Part shown: in pieces, positions 1-8,541 of the stretch | Layout: every line of letters begins with the position of its first letter | Numbering within the stretch: the first letter of the stretch is position 1 | DNA from: Candidatus Nanopelagicales bacterium | Lineage (GTDB): Bacteria; Actinomycetota; Actinomycetes; S36-B12; GCA-2699445 | Direction: 5' to 3' | Length of the DNA stretch: 64,000 nt | NCBI GenBank assembly: GCA_046330625.1 | Contig: JAXLSJ010000005.1 | Span: forward strand, 11,160 to 75,159 | Notes under the pieces: generated by a model | What the model saw: only the letters and a program-made list of their open reading frames with translations | What the model was told of the DNA's origin: nothing | The model's database searches: none | Translations under genes and position numbers: made by a program

Positions 1-1257
1 GGACCATTCTCGGACGTGGTGGGTCTGGCATTCCGGTGGGGGCCGGTGACACAGGAGGCAGCCGCCGTCACGAAGGGCCAGGGCGGTGCGTTGAGCGGGG
101 GTGGCCAGGCGGGTGGCGCGTCCCACGGCCAGGGGCTGGACGCGGGTGGCGAGCAAGATGCCGGTGAGTGGCCGCGGTGCGGGCCCTCCGCCCGGGTCTG
201 CGGGGTCCGCGACGGCGTCGTCGGCCACGACCACCCCGGTCAGGGTGCCGGTGCACAAGGCGAAGCGGGCGGCGGCGTCGCCCAGCGTGCAACCGGTGGT
301 CGAGGTCGCCGGTCGGGCATCGACGGGCCGGGCGACGGCTGCGTCGCCGTCGGCGGGGTGCTGGGGTCGTGGGCGGCCGGTGGCGACCCGGTCGGCGTCG
401 GCGGCGCCCATGGTGACCGTGACCGCCACCCGTAGGCCGGCGGTGGTGGAGGGGACATCGCCGTGGGCAGCGGAGCGGTTGACCAGGGTGATCAGCGCGT
501 CCGCGCGCCGCTGCCCGGCGGTCAGACCGTCGCCGGCCACCCGCAGGGACTGCGCCACCGCGTCCAGGGCCGCGACCACCGCCTGGCCTTCCAGGCCGGG
601 AAGGTCCGCGGCGATCATGGTCATCCCCCCATGCGAGGTCACCGCGACCCGACGCCGGTCGTAGTCGGACTGCTCGGCGGCGTCGACGTCGTCGGGGTGC
701 AGCAGGTCCAGCACCTGAGCCACGACCAGTTTCACGCCGCGCACCGTCAGATCAGGCAACTGCGCGACCACCGCCGCTACGACCTTCTCCTCGGTCGACC
801 ACGCCAGCCCGGCCAGACCGCGGGCCAACACCGCGATCACGTCGGTGCACACCCGCCCCCGGGTCCACAGCGACTCGACGTCGCGATGCCGGCGGCAGAA
901 CCGGGCCGCCGCCACCAGCCCCGAAGCCGCATGACCCGACCACGCCGCTTCCCGCTGCAACTGGGTGCGCGGAGCATGGGGCAGCACGTCGGCGTGCTCG
1001 GCGGCCAGCAGCGACCGGCCGATCTCGGCATCCACCACGTGACGCAGCCGCGCCAACACCGTCACCCGATCCGTCACCGACACCCCCGTGGCCAGATCCC
1101 CCACCACCGGATCCGCCGCCAACGCCGCGACCTGCTCCACCACCGCCCGCACCGACCCCGGACACGTCACCGCACCCCGCAGCAGCACATCGACCACTGT
1201 CCGGTCGTCGCCTTCGCTCGCGTCTCCGGCCCCGGCCGGACTGTTGATCATCCCCAT
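1..1257 (-). CDS. DUF222-domain / HNH endonuclease family protein (13E12-repeat-like), 3' end outside window
   Basis: The minus-strand frame is open from the window edge to the ATG at 1257 (419 codons, no stop), so it is absent from the complete-ORF track. My translation runs MGMINSPAGAGD...DRVTVLARLRHVVDAEIGRSLLAAEHADVLP...GQRRADALITLVNRS...TPAQRTALALRDGGCLLCHRPPPECQTHHVREWS. This is a DUF222-like body followed by the start of an HNH Cys/His motif. The codon third-position GC bias fits coding sequence. Confidence 0.75.
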   Translation of the reverse strand, partial: MGMINSPAGAGDASEGDDRTVVDVLLRGAVTCPGSVRAVVEQVAALAADPVVGDLATGVSVTDRVTVLARLRHVVDAEIGRSLLAAEHADVLPHAPRTQLQREAAWSGHAASGLVAAARFCRRHRDVESLWTRGRVCTDVIAVLARGLAGLAWSTEEKVVAAVVAQLPDLTVRGVKLVVAQVLDLLHPDDVDAAEQSDYDRRRVAVTSHGGMTMIAADLPGLEGQAVVAALDAVAQSLRVAGDGLTAGQRRADALITLVNRSAAHGDVPSTTAGLRVAVTVTMGAADADRVATGRPRPQHPADGDAAVARPVDARPATSTTGCTLGDAAARFALCTGTLTGVVVADDAVADPADPGGGPAPRPLTGILLATRVQPLAVGRATRLATPAQRTALALRDGGCLLCHRPPPECQTHHVREWS

Positions 1258-1264
1258 GACCTAT

Positions 1265-1280
1265 TCGAACACATGTTCGA
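1265..1280 (-). promoter_or_regulatory. LexA SOS box (TCGAAC-N4-GTTCGA)
   Basis: The exact palindrome TCGAACACATGTTCGA lies 8 nt upstream of the HNH gene start codon. It matches the published mycobacterial/actinobacterial SOS-box consensus TCGAAC(N4)GTTCGA at all 12 specified positions. Confidence 0.65.
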
Positions 1281-1345
1281 TAAGGCGCCAAGGGGGCACG
1301 CTGGGAAATCTCAGTGAATGGCACTTCCCGCCGGGCAAGTTGCGC

Positions 1346-1738
1346 TCACTCGAGGGCTGGGTTGACGTTCACCATCGCGTCGGCCGCCGACACCAGGTAC
1401 TGCCAGAGTCGTTCGCGGGACTCCTCGTCGAGGTCGGCCCCGTTGTCGTCCAACGAGGCTCGCATCAGTTCCAGCCACCGGTCGCGGGCGGCCTGGGTCA
1501 CGGGGAAGGGCGCGTGGCGCATCCGCAGTCGTGGATGGCCACGTTCGTCGCCGTACGTGGTCGGGCCTCCCCAGTACTGCATGAGGAACAGTCGGAGACG
1601 TCGTTCCGCGGGTCCCAGGTCGTCCTCCGGATACATGGGACGTAAGAGATCGTCGGTGACCACCCGCGCGTAGAAGCCGGCGACCAGATCGGTGAAGAAG
1701 TCCTCGCCACCGAAGGCGTCATACCACTCGGAACTCAC
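1346..1738 (-). CDS. glbO: group II truncated hemoglobin
   Basis: A 130-aa ORF with trHbO hallmarks (FFTDLVAGFYARV, LFLMQYWGGPTTY, HPRLRMRHAPFPV, RDRWLELM). It overlaps the upstream SDR gene by 4 nt. Confidence 0.85.
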   Translation of the reverse strand: MSSEWYDAFGGEDFFTDLVAGFYARVVTDDLLRPMYPEDDLGPAERRLRLFLMQYWGGPTTYGDERGHPRLRMRHAPFPVTQAARDRWLELMRASLDDNGADLDEESRERLWQYLVSAADAMVNVNPALE

Positions 1739-3294
1739 GAGTCGATTGTGTCAGGGGCCGGATCAGGCGCAGCGCGGGCGCCGATCCTCTTGAGTTCGAG
1801 GGCGGCCTGGGCGACCCCGTCGAGCATCGGCTGGAACACGACGGCGTGGAACGGGGCCACCGACCACCAGTACGCGTGCCCCGCGAGTCCCCGCGGGAAG
1901 AATGTGGCCTTCTGCCTGACCATCGAGCCGCCGGACGTCGGGCTGACCTCCCACTCCAGCCAGGCGAGCCCCGGCAGGCGCATCTCGGCGCGCAGTCGCA
2001 GTAGGTGGGGCGGCTGGTACTCCTCGACCCGCCAGAAGTCCAGGGCGTCCCCGACTCTGGTGTGGTCCGGATCGCGACGACCGCGGCGCAGTCCGACCCC
2101 ACCGATCACCCGATCCATGGCGCCGCGCACCTCCCACAACCAGTCGGCCGCGTAGTACCCGTGGTTGCCTCCGATGCGCTCCACAGCGGCGAATGCCGCA
2201 TCCGGGGGCGCTACGACGAACGTCTCGCGCTCGTCGGTGTACAGCGACCCGCCCGCCCAGTCCGGGTCGGTGGGCAGCGGCTCCGCGGGTGCGCCGCTGA
2301 CGGACGCGCTGGACCAGCGGGTGATCACCTGCGCCTCGCGCACGCGTCGCAGGGCCAGGGCGACCGCATCGCGATAGGGAAGCAGTCCTCCCGGCGGGTC
2401 GGGGATGATCTCCGCGATGGAGTGATCGCGACAGACCACGGGAACCCGCAGCGACTGCACCAGAGGTCGGGCGATCCCGCGGGGGACCGGAGTGACCAGG
2501 CCGACCCAGTGGCTCGACAGGCCGGGCGACAGCACGTTGACCGGCAGGATGACCCGCCGACGCAGACCCGCCACGGCGGCGAACTCCTGCATCATCGACT
2601 GGTAGGTCATGACGTCGGGGCCACCGATGTCGTAGGCCCGGTTGACCTCCTGATCGACGGTCGCCGCAGCCGCCAGGTAGTACAGGACGTCGCGCACCGC
2701 GATCGGCTGGGTCCGCGTTCGCACCCAGGTGGGGGTGACCATGGCCGGTAGCCGTTCGGTGAGGTACCGCAGCATCTCGAAACTGGCTGAACCGGATCCG
2801 ATGATCACAGCCGCCCGCAGCTCCAGCGTCGGGACGCCGCCGGCCCGCAGGATCTCTCCGACCACCTTGCGGCTGCGCAGGTGCGGGGACAGTGTCTGGC
2901 CCGAACCCGGCGGGATCATGCCGCCCAGATAGACGATGCGCCGCACGCCGGCATCTCGCGCGGCTCGGGCGAACGTGTCGGCCATGTCCCGTTCGCGTGC
3001 CTCGAAGTCGTCGTGGTTGCTCATGGAATGCAGCAGGAAGTAGGCGACGTCGACCTCGTGCATGGCCTGCGCCATGGCCGTCGAATCGTGGGCGTCGCCG
3101 GCGACCACCTCGACCTGGTCGAACCACTCACGCTGCCGCAGGAACTCGGGGTGGCGGGCCAGGATCCGCACGGTGGCGCCATTCTCCAGGAGCTTCGGGA
3201 TCAGCCGGCCGCCGATGTAGCCGGAGGCGCCCGTCACCAGGTAGCGGGGGGAGGCAGCGGGTTCCACGGTCACCTCGCGAATGTCGGACACCAC
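1735..3294 (-). CDS. NAD(P)-binding SDR/NmrA-like protein with C-terminal DUF2867-like domain
   Basis: A 519-aa ORF with the Rossmann motif VTGASGYIGGRL near the N-terminus. The long C-terminal extension is typical of SDR-DUF2867 fusions. Confidence 0.75.
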   Translation of the reverse strand: MVSDIREVTVEPAASPRYLVTGASGYIGGRLIPKLLENGATVRILARHPEFLRQREWFDQVEVVAGDAHDSTAMAQAMHEVDVAYFLLHSMSNHDDFEARERDMADTFARAARDAGVRRIVYLGGMIPPGSGQTLSPHLRSRKVVGEILRAGGVPTLELRAAVIIGSGSASFEMLRYLTERLPAMVTPTWVRTRTQPIAVRDVLYYLAAAATVDQEVNRAYDIGGPDVMTYQSMMQEFAAVAGLRRRVILPVNVLSPGLSSHWVGLVTPVPRGIARPLVQSLRVPVVCRDHSIAEIIPDPPGGLLPYRDAVALALRRVREAQVITRWSSASVSGAPAEPLPTDPDWAGGSLYTDERETFVVAPPDAAFAAVERIGGNHGYYAADWLWEVRGAMDRVIGGVGLRRGRRDPDHTRVGDALDFWRVEEYQPPHLLRLRAEMRLPGLAWLEWEVSPTSGGSMVRQKATFFPRGLAGHAYWWSVAPFHAVVFQPMLDGVAQAALELKRIGARAAPDPAPDTIDS

Positions 3295-3370
3295 ATGAGT
3301 ATTGTGCGCCGTTCCGGTCGGCGCACCTTGACCGCCTACGACGGGGCGATCCCCGGTGGGATCGCCGTCG

Positions 3371-4165
3371 TCAGGAGGTGATCGCGTCGTCCGACAGCCG
3401 CTGCGCCAGGTAGATCGGGATGATCGACACCAGGACCAGTGCCGCCGCCACGACGTTGACGATGGGGGCCTGCTGTGGTCGGAACAGGTTGTTGAAGATC
3501 CACAACGGCAACGTCTGGATGCCGGGGCCGGCGGTGAACGTGGTGACGATGATCTCGTCGAACGACAAGCCGAAGGCCAGCATGGCGCCCGCCACCAGGG
3601 CCGAGCGCATGTTGGGGAACGTCACATGTCGGAAGGTGAACGCGCGGCTGGCGCCCAGGTCCATGGACGCCTCGACCAGGTTCCCCGATGTTCGGCGCAA
3701 TCGGGCTGCTGCGTTGTTGTAGATCACGACCACGCAGAACGTGGCATGCGCGATCACCAGGGTCGCGAAGGTGAGCCCCCCGAGCCAGGTGGTGAACATC
3801 GTGTTCAGGGCGACACCGGTGACGATGCCGGGCAGGGCGATGGGCAGCACGATCAGCAGGGAGATGGACTGCCTGCCGAAGAAGGAGTATTGCGTCAGGG
3901 CGACCGAAACCAGGGTCCCGAGAAGGAGTGCGATCAGTGTGGCGATCGTGGCGACGACGACCGAGGTCAGCAGAGCGCTGCGGACGCCCTCGTTGTCGAA
4001 AGCGCGCTGCCACCACTCGAGCGTGAAGCCCGGCGGGGGCCATTGGAACGTGAGGCTGACGTTGAACGAGTTGATGACGACCACGGCCAAGGGCACGTAG
4101 ACGAAGAGCATCACGAGCACGAAGACGACGACCAAGGTCCAGCGCGCCGGTCGGGACAGCTTCAT
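3371..4165 (-). CDS. ABC transporter permease (PotC-like, polyamine-type importer)
   Basis: A 264-aa polytopic membrane ORF with a binding-protein-dependent transport inner-membrane signature region. It is last in the ATPase-SBP-permease-permease operon. Confidence 0.85.
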   Translation of the reverse strand: MKLSRPARWTLVVVFVLVMLFVYVPLAVVVINSFNVSLTFQWPPPGFTLEWWQRAFDNEGVRSALLTSVVVATIATLIALLLGTLVSVALTQYSFFGRQSISLLIVLPIALPGIVTGVALNTMFTTWLGGLTFATLVIAHATFCVVVIYNNAAARLRRTSGNLVEASMDLGASRAFTFRHVTFPNMRSALVAGAMLAFGLSFDEIIVTTFTAGPGIQTLPLWIFNNLFRPQQAPIVNVVAAALVLVSIIPIYLAQRLSDDAITS

Positions 4166-4172
4166 GCGGGCC

Positions 4173-5045
4173 TCACAGGTTCTCCAGGGCGCCCGTGCGG
4201 CCGACGGCCACGAGGTAGCCGACCATGATCAGGACGGTCAGCGAGGCGATCGCGGCGGCGAACGGAAGGTCCGTGGCGAAGGTCCCGTACACCACGTTCC
4301 CCAGCATCTGCGCCTTGCCGCCGACGAGTTGGACCGTGATGTAGTCACCGAGGGACAACGAGAAGGTGAACACGGAGCCGGCGATGATCGAGGGCTTGAC
4401 GATCGGCAGCAGCACCTGGCGGATGGTCGTCCAGTTGTGCGCCCCCAGGTCGGCCGAGGCATCGAGCAGCGTCGGGGGGATGTTCTGGACGCCGACATAG
4501 ACGGGCAGGATCATGTACGGAAGCCACAGGTAGGTCAGGACGAGGACGACGGCGACCCACCCATAACCCGGCGACGTGTGCAGGGTCGATTCCAGGAATC
4601 CCCCTTCGGGATTGAGCATCGTGCGCCATGCGTAGACCTTGACCAGGTAGGACGCCCACAGCGGGGTGATCATCAAGGCGATGAGGAAGGGGCGCCACCG
4701 ACGCCGGGCCACGTGGGCCACGAACAGCGACACCGGGACCGCCAACACGATCGACAGCAGGGTCACCGCCACTGCCACGCCCAGGGTCCGGGCGGCGGTG
4801 CCCAGGAAGGGCTGGCTGGGGTTGAAGACCCGCGCGAAGTTCTCGAGGGTGAACGTCTGCACCAACTCGCCCGTGAAGGAGTCAGTGCTCCAGAACGCCG
4901 TGACGAACAGCAGGGCGATGGGAACCAGGTAGAGCAACACCAGCCAGGCCATGGGCAGGGCCAGCAGTCCGCTCAGGCGAAGTCGCGGGCGCCGGTCGAG
5001 CGCGGCCTGCCACCGGCGGGTGGCGGGCAGGGAGGGTGCTGTCAT
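4173..5045 (-). CDS. ABC transporter permease (PotB-like)
   Basis: A 290-aa polytopic membrane ORF with the permease EAA-like region (DASADLGAHNWTTIRQVLLPIVKPS). Confidence 0.85.
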   Translation of the reverse strand: MTAPSLPATRRWQAALDRRPRLRLSGLLALPMAWLVLLYLVPIALLFVTAFWSTDSFTGELVQTFTLENFARVFNPSQPFLGTAARTLGVAVAVTLLSIVLAVPVSLFVAHVARRRWRPFLIALMITPLWASYLVKVYAWRTMLNPEGGFLESTLHTSPGYGWVAVVLVLTYLWLPYMILPVYVGVQNIPPTLLDASADLGAHNWTTIRQVLLPIVKPSIIAGSVFTFSLSLGDYITVQLVGGKAQMLGNVVYGTFATDLPFAAAIASLTVLIMVGYLVAVGRTGALENL

Positions 5046-6309
5046 CGTGGAGTGCTCCTGCGCGAGGGTGGGGTGCGGTGGTCGAGGCCGTTCCGCACCC
5101 CACCTCGGCGGTCAGGACGAACGCAGTGTCGTCCAGGCGGTCACTCAGTCCTTGTACGGCACACGTCACATCGGTGCGGCCGTCCAGGCACTTCTCGGTG
5201 GGCGTCGTCCAGTAGTAGACGTTCGTCCAGTAGTCCTCCTCCGAGGCGTGGAACTGATCGCAGTGATCCTTGTTCTCCGTCTCGGCGCAGGACTTCTCGT
5301 TGGCCGGGGCCTCACCGAAGTACTCGGCGATCTCGGCGTTCACCTTGGGGGACACGATGTAGTCGGCCCACTTGTAGGCGCAGTTGATGTTGGGCGTGTC
5401 CTTGGCGATCATCCAGGTGTCGGACCAGCCGGTGGCGCCCTGGTCGGGCTTGACGGCTCCGACCTTGTCGCCGTCGGCGTTGGCGGTGTTGGCCGTCAAC
5501 TGCCATCCCTGACCCTGCGAGATGGAGCCGGATGCCAGGCCGTTGGCCTGCTTGGCGTAGTCGGCCCAGTACTCGGCTACCAGCGGCTTCTGCTGCTCGA
5601 GCAGCTTGATGGCGGCGTCGAACTGGGTCTGGTCCAGGGCGTAGGGATTGGTGATCTTGAGATCGGGCTGGGTCGCCATCAGGTAGACCGCTGCGTCGGC
5701 GATGTAGATCGCGTCGTCATAGGGGCTGACCTTGCCCTTGGCCGGCGAGTTGCTCTCCCACATGTCCGCCCAGGTGGTGGGAGCGGTCTTGTTCGCGGCC
5801 TTGTTGAACAGCAGCAGGTTGGCGCCGCGCCCGTGCGGGATGCCGTAGTTGACGCCGTCGACGGTGTTCCACGGCTTGTCCTTGAGGCCGGAGAAGATGT
5901 CGGCGTAGTTGGGCACCAGCGCGGTGTTCATGGGTTGCACGAGGTCGCCGTAGACCATGCGCAGCGAGGCGTCTCCGGAGGCAGAGACGATGTCGTAGCC
6001 ACCCTTCTTCATGAGGTCGAATGCCTCGTTGGAGGTGGCGAACGTCTTCACGTTCACCTGGCATCCGGTTTCCTTCTCGAAGGGGGTGACCCAGTCGATG
6101 CTGGGGTCGGTGGAGCCGTCCTCGGCGTACCCGGGCCAGGCGAGCACATTGAGTTGACCCTCGCCCTGACCCACCGGACCCGCGAACGCGGTCGCCGACG
6201 GGGCGGCTGACGATCCGCCCCCACTTCCGCCCGAACTGCTGCAACCGGCCACGGCCAGCGCGAGCGCGGACACGGTGGCTCCGAAGGCCACGACGCGTGA
6301 CTTGCGCAT
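4882..6309 (-). CDS. ABC transporter substrate-binding lipoprotein (PotD/PotF-like); 3' end appears disrupted
   Basis: It has a signal peptide with the lipobox LAVAGC and a PotD-like body. The in-frame ORF runs 164 nt into the downstream permease gene with an R/P/A-rich tail. An alternative frame gives a family-like ending (VPYKD*VTAWTTLRSS*). See the finding at 4882-5170. Confidence 0.7.
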   Translation of the reverse strand: MRKSRVVAFGATVSALALAVAGCSSSGGSGGGSSAAPSATAFAGPVGQGEGQLNVLAWPGYAEDGSTDPSIDWVTPFEKETGCQVNVKTFATSNEAFDLMKKGGYDIVSASGDASLRMVYGDLVQPMNTALVPNYADIFSGLKDKPWNTVDGVNYGIPHGRGANLLLFNKAANKTAPTTWADMWESNSPAKGKVSPYDDAIYIADAAVYLMATQPDLKITNPYALDQTQFDAAIKLLEQQKPLVAEYWADYAKQANGLASGSISQGQGWQLTANTANADGDKVGAVKPDQGATGWSDTWMIAKDTPNINCAYKWADYIVSPKVNAEIAEYFGEAPANEKSCAETENKDHCDQFHASEEDYWTNVYYWTTPTEKCLDGRTDVTCAVQGLSDRLDDTAFVLTAEVGCGTASTTAPHPRAGALHDDSTLPARHPPVAGRARPAPATSPERTAGPAHGLAGVALPGSHRPAVRHGVLEH

Positions 6310-6395
6310 ACTTTCTCCCTACTCATTCCCCGTCATGTGGCCGATCGGTCCACATCCCGGCCCGGTCGGGTCGGTGGTCTTGTGCCCGGCGGCGG

Positions 6396-7442
6396 TCATC
6401 CGACCACCGGGTATTCGTCGTGCCGCTGCCAGACCAGGCGCACCTGGTCGCCGCGCTCGGGATGCGACTCGCGGCTGTGTTCGTTCTGGCGCAGGACCAT
6501 CAACGACCCGCCGACTGCCAGGTCGACCAGGAACCGGGTCCCGGTCCCCACATAGATGACCTCTCGCACCGTGCCGGCGGCGTCGTGCTCCTGCGGTCCG
6601 GGACGGGCGTCCGCGTCGGCGAGGCGGATCTTCTCGGGGCGGATGCTGAACAGCCCCTCCTTGCCCAGGACGATCCGCGCTGCCTCCGGGCGCAGCAGGT
6701 TCGACGTGCCCACGAAGCCGGCCACGAACTCGGTGGCCGGTCGTTCGTAGACCTCCTCCGGAGTCCCGATCTGTTCGATAGAGCCGTTGTCGAACACCGC
6801 GATGCGGTCCGACATGGTCAAGGCTTCTTCCTGATCATGGGTGACGAAGATGAAGGTGATCCCCACCTGGCGCTGGATGTCCTTGAGTTCGATCTGCATC
6901 TGCTCGCGCAGTTTCAGGTCGAGGGCACCCAACGGTTCGTCCAGCAGCAGAACCTTCGGGCGGTTGACCAGGGCGCGCGCGAGGGCCACCCGCTGACGTT
7001 GGCCACCGGAGAGTTGATGCGGCTTGCGGTCGGCCATGCCGGTCAGACGGACGGCCGCCAGCGCCTCCTGGGCGCGTTCCCGGCGCTGCGCTTTCGGCAC
7101 CTTCGCCACGCGCAGGCCGTACTCGACGTTCTGCTGCACGGTCATGTGGGGGAACAGTGCGTAGTCCTGGAACACGGTGTTGATGTCGCGGTCGAACGGT
7201 GCCGTGTCGGTCACGTCGGTCCCGGCGAGTTCGATGGTGCCGCTGGTGGGCAGCTCGAAGCCGGCGATCATGCGCAGGACCGTGGTCTTGCCGGAGCCGG
7301 ACGGACCCAGCAGGGTCAGGAACTCCCCGTCCGTGACGTCGAGGTCGACGTCGCGCACCGCGTCGACGGCCGAGTCACCCGATCCGAACCGCTTCCCGAG
7401 GCCACGCAGGCGGACAGCCAACCCCGGCGAAGTGCTGGTCAA
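6396..7442 (-). CDS. ABC transporter ATP-binding protein (PotA-like)
   Basis: It carries Walker [10 protein letters not shown], the ABC signature [15 protein letters not shown] and Walker B LLLDEP. I prefer the TTG start at 7442, which has GGGAGGGA 2 nt upstream, over the track's ATG at 7526. Confidence 0.85.
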   Translation of the reverse strand: MTSTSPGLAVRLRGLGKRFGSGDSAVDAVRDVDLDVTDGEFLTLLGPSGSGKTTVLRMIAGFELPTSGTIELAGTDVTDTAPFDRDINTVFQDYALFPHMTVQQNVEYGLRVAKVPKAQRRERAQEALAAVRLTGMADRKPHQLSGGQRQRVALARALVNRPKVLLLDEPLGALDLKLREQMQIELKDIQRQVGITFIFVTHDQEEALTMSDRIAVFDNGSIEQIGTPEEVYERPATEFVAGFVGTSNLLRPEAARIVLGKEGLFSIRPEKIRLADADARPGPQEHDAAGTVREVIYVGTGTRFLVDLAVGGSLMVLRQNEHSRESHPERGDQVRLVWQRHDEYPVVG

Positions 7443-7584
7443 CGTCCCTCCCAGGGTGCAGCGAGCCGGTCCGGCGACCGAAGCAGTGGCCGTAGTGTAT
7501 GTCAGGTCCACGGATGCCGTATGCAACGACGCTTTCGGCTACGCAATTCGTGTCTCGGCGCACGGCGGGCTCGTCCGGTGGCCG

Positions 7585-8541
7585 TCAGCGCTGGGCGCCC
7601 GCGCCCTGACCCGTGGCGCCAGGTACCCGATACACCACCGGCACGACGATGCCGGCTGCGTCGAAGGCGCGCTTGAGCCGTTCTCTGATCTCGCGGGTCA
7701 GTGCGACCTGGCTGTCGGGATCGGACTTTGCCGTGACACGAACGGTGACCGCCTCGCCGGACACCGACTCGACGCCGGCGTAGGCCGGACGGCTGAATTC
7801 GGTCACGATGCAGTCGGGGTCGGCGACCATCTCGTCGGCTGCCCGGTCGACGATCTCCTGCACCCGGTGCAGGTCCTCGGCGTAGCTCACGGGGATGTCG
7901 ATGATCGCGACCGTCCACCCCTGGGAGCGATTGGCCACCCGCAGGATCTCGCCGTTGCGGACGTACCAGACCACGCCGGAGGTGTCGCGCAACCGGGTGA
8001 CCCGCAGCGTGACCTCTTCGACGGTGCCGATGGCCTCGCCGAGGTCGACGAAGTCGCCGACCCCGAACTGGTCCTCGAGGATCAGGAAGATCCCGGACAG
8101 GTAATCCTTGACCAGCGTCTGGGCGCCGAAGCCGAGTGCCACGCCGATCACGCCCGCGCTGGCGAGCAGGGGGGCGATGTCGATACCGAGCAGGGGCAGT
8201 GCCATGAGCAGCGCGCTGCCCCAGATCGCCACGGCGACCACGCTGCGGACCAGCTGGCCGATCGCATGGGCGCGCTGCTGCCGGCGCTCCTTGAGCAGGC
8301 CGGCCTTCTCGGGGTCCTCGGCCCGGCGCTCCCGGTTGGTCTCGGCGGCCGTGCGTGCGACCACCCGCTTGATGAGACGAGCCAGCACCCAGTTGACCAC
8401 TGCGGCCAGGACGAAGATGCCGACGATGCGGAAGGGGGCACCGCTGAACAGCCATTCCCCCCACCAGGACACGGCGTCGGTCACCGTGGGCGGTTCGGCG
8501 GGTGTCGGGGTCGGGCTGGGGGAGACGGATGCCATGATCAA
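7585..8541 (-). CDS. mechanosensitive ion channel (MscS family)
   Basis: A 318-aa ORF with an MscS pore/beta-domain region (GFGAQTLVKDYLSGIFLILEDQFGVGDFV...GTVEEVTLRVTRLRD). It overlaps the upstream peptidase gene by 4 nt. Confidence 0.85.
   Translation of the reverse strand: MIMASVSPSPTPTPAEPPTVTDAVSWWGEWLFSGAPFRIVGIFVLAAVVNWVLARLIKRVVARTAAETNRERRAEDPEKAGLLKERRQQRAHAIGQLVRSVVAVAIWGSALLMALPLLGIDIAPLLASAGVIGVALGFGAQTLVKDYLSGIFLILEDQFGVGDFVDLGEAIGTVEEVTLRVTRLRDTSGVVWYVRNGEILRVANRSQGWTVAIIDIPVSYAEDLHRVQEIVDRAADEMVADPDCIVTEFSRPAYAGVESVSGEAVTVRVTAKSDPDSQVALTREIRERLKRAFDAAGIVVPVVYRVPGATGQGAGAQR

Noticed and set aside
16-1324. Track ORFs covering the first 1.3 kb (16-435, 101-664 and 463-1317 on plus; 752-1324 and others on minus)
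   Set aside because: None shows a recognisable fold. The minus-strand frame that runs off the window edge encodes a coherent DUF222/HNH protein with its own SOS box, and it explains the whole region.
5145-5147. TGA read as Trp (alternative genetic code) at the substrate-binding protein C-terminus
   Set aside because: TGA clearly functions as a stop throughout the window, including many ATGA/GTGA coupled junctions. High-GC actinobacteria use code 11. A point mutation or sequencing error is more parsimonious.
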